Below, piece after piece: positions 62,538-64,000 of a DNA stretch of 64,000 nucleotides. The translations under genes were made by a program, and so were the position numbers. The DNA lies in contig NC_090402.1 in NCBI RefSeq assembly GCF_036365525.1, forward strand, positions 9,584,009 through 9,648,008. Direction: 5' to 3'. Within the stretch, counting starts at the first letter, position 1, and every line of letters begins with the position of its first letter. The stretch comes from Heterodontus francisci. Taxonomy: Eukaryota. The notes beneath the pieces were generated by a model. That model was given only the letters and a program-made list of their open reading frames with translations. It did not search any database and was not told the origin of the DNA.

Positions 62538-63823
62538 TTTTCTTTTTTTTTTCTTTTTGGGCCTCCTTATCTCGAGAGACAATGGATACGCGCCTGGAGG
62601 TGGTCAGTGGTTTGTGAAGCAGCGCCTGGAGTGGCTATAAAGGCCAATTCTGGAGTGACAGGCTCTTCCACAGGTGCTGCAGAGAAATTTGTTTGTTGGG
62701 GCTGTTGCACAGTTGGCTCTCCCCTTGCGCCTCTGTCTTTTTTCCTGCCAACTACTAAGTCTCTTCGACTCGCCACAATTTAGCCCTGTCTTTATGGCTG
62801 CCCGCCAGCTCTGGCGAATGCTGGCAACTGACTCCCACGACTTGTGATCAATGTCACACGATTTCATGTCGCGTTTGCAGACGTCTTTATAACGGAGACA
62901 TGGACGGCCGGTGGGTCTGATACCAGTGGCGAGCTCGCTGTACAATGTGTCTTTGGGGATCCTGCCATCTTCCATGCGGCTCACATGGCCAAGCCATCTC
63001 AAGCGCCGCTGACTCAGTAGTGTGTATAAGCTGGGGATGTTGGCCGCTTCAAGGACTTCTGTGTTGGAGATATAGTCCTGCCACCTGATGCCAAGTATTC
63101 TCCGAAGGCAGCGAAGATGGAATGAATTGAGACGTCGCTCTTGGCTGGCATACGTTGTCCAGGCCTCGCTGCCGTAGAGCAAGGTACTGAGGACACAGGC
63201 CTGATACACTCGGACTTTTGTGTTCCGTGTCAGTGCGCCATTTTCCCACACTCTCTTGGCCAGTCTGAACATAGCAGTGGAAGCCTTACCCATGCGCTTG
63301 TTGATTTCTGCATCTAGAGACAGGTTACTGGTGATAGTTGAGCCTAGGTAGGTGAACTCTTGAACCACTTCCAGAGCGTGGTCGCCAATATTGATGGATG
63401 GAGCATTTCTGACATCCTGCCCCATGATGTTCGTTTTCTTGAGGCTGATGGTTAGGCCAAATTCATTGCAGGCAGACGCAAACCTGTCGATGAGACTCTG
63501 CAGGCATTCTTCAGTGTGAGATGTTAAAGCAGCATCGTCAGCAAAGAGGAGTTCTCTGATGAGGACTTTCCGTACTTTGGACTTCGCTCTTAGACGGGCA
63601 AGGTTGAACAACCTGCCCCCTGATCTTGTGTGGAGGAAAATTCCTTCTTCAGAGGATTTGAACGCATGTGAAAGCAGCAGGGAGAAGAAAATCCCAAAAA
63701 GTGTGGGTGCGAGAACACAGCCCTGTTTCACACCACTCAGGATAGGAAAGGGCTCTGATGAGGAGCCACCATGTTGAATTGTGCCTTTCATATTGTCATG
63801 GAATGAGGTGATGATACTTAGTA
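62538..63823 (-). mobile_element. RTE-clade LINE, 5'-truncated, uninterrupted 395-aa ORF2 C-terminal part
   Basis: GVKQGCVLAP, LLFADD, C2H2-like CSTCGRACHSRIGLYSHSRRC; A-rich tail; 9-bp TSD gtcattatc at 62529-62537 and 63824-63832. Confidence 0.95.
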
Positions 63824-64000
63824 GTCATTATCACATTGCTGTTTTTGGGAGCTTGCTGTGCAAAATTTGGCTGCTGTCTTTCCTGCATCACAACAGTGAC
63901 TACATTTCAAAAGTACTTCATTCGCTGCAAAGCACTTTGAGACATTCGATAATCATGAAAGGTGCTATAGAAATGCAAATCTTTCTTTGTAAAATGTCCC

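Larger units (their letters stand above)
61975..63982 (+). mobile_element. DeuSINE host interrupted by HE1 and RTE insertions
   Basis: Host halves at 61975-62135, 62508-62537 and 63824-63982. Confidence 0.75.

Overview
Vertebrate genomic DNA, almost certainly a cartilaginous fish (shark): it is dense in HE1-type V-SINEs, DeuSINE/SacSINE1-type SINEs, CR1, L2, RTE and Penelope relics. Bases 1-32 kb contain no protein-coding gene I can support. The + strand then carries a tandem torsin (TOR1-family AAA+ ATPase) cluster. Gene A is a complete, divergent 5-coding-exon torsin (36632-41933, 312 aa) with a probable non-coding first exon and a tandem ISRE/IRF-type promoter. Gene B is a canonical TOR1A/1B-like gene with a CCAAT/GC-box/ETS promoter; exons 1-3 are in the window and exons 4-5 should lie beyond it. 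The most striking structure is a ~7.1-kb, ~99% identical copy of gene A's promoter and exons 1-3 (50812-57937 = 32936-40002), inserted in the same orientation inside intron 1 of gene B. This creates phase-compatible alternative exons and a second promoter. A tRNA-Ile(AAT) gene lies between the two torsins. Repeat boundaries are approximate; exon and duplication boundaries were read base by base.
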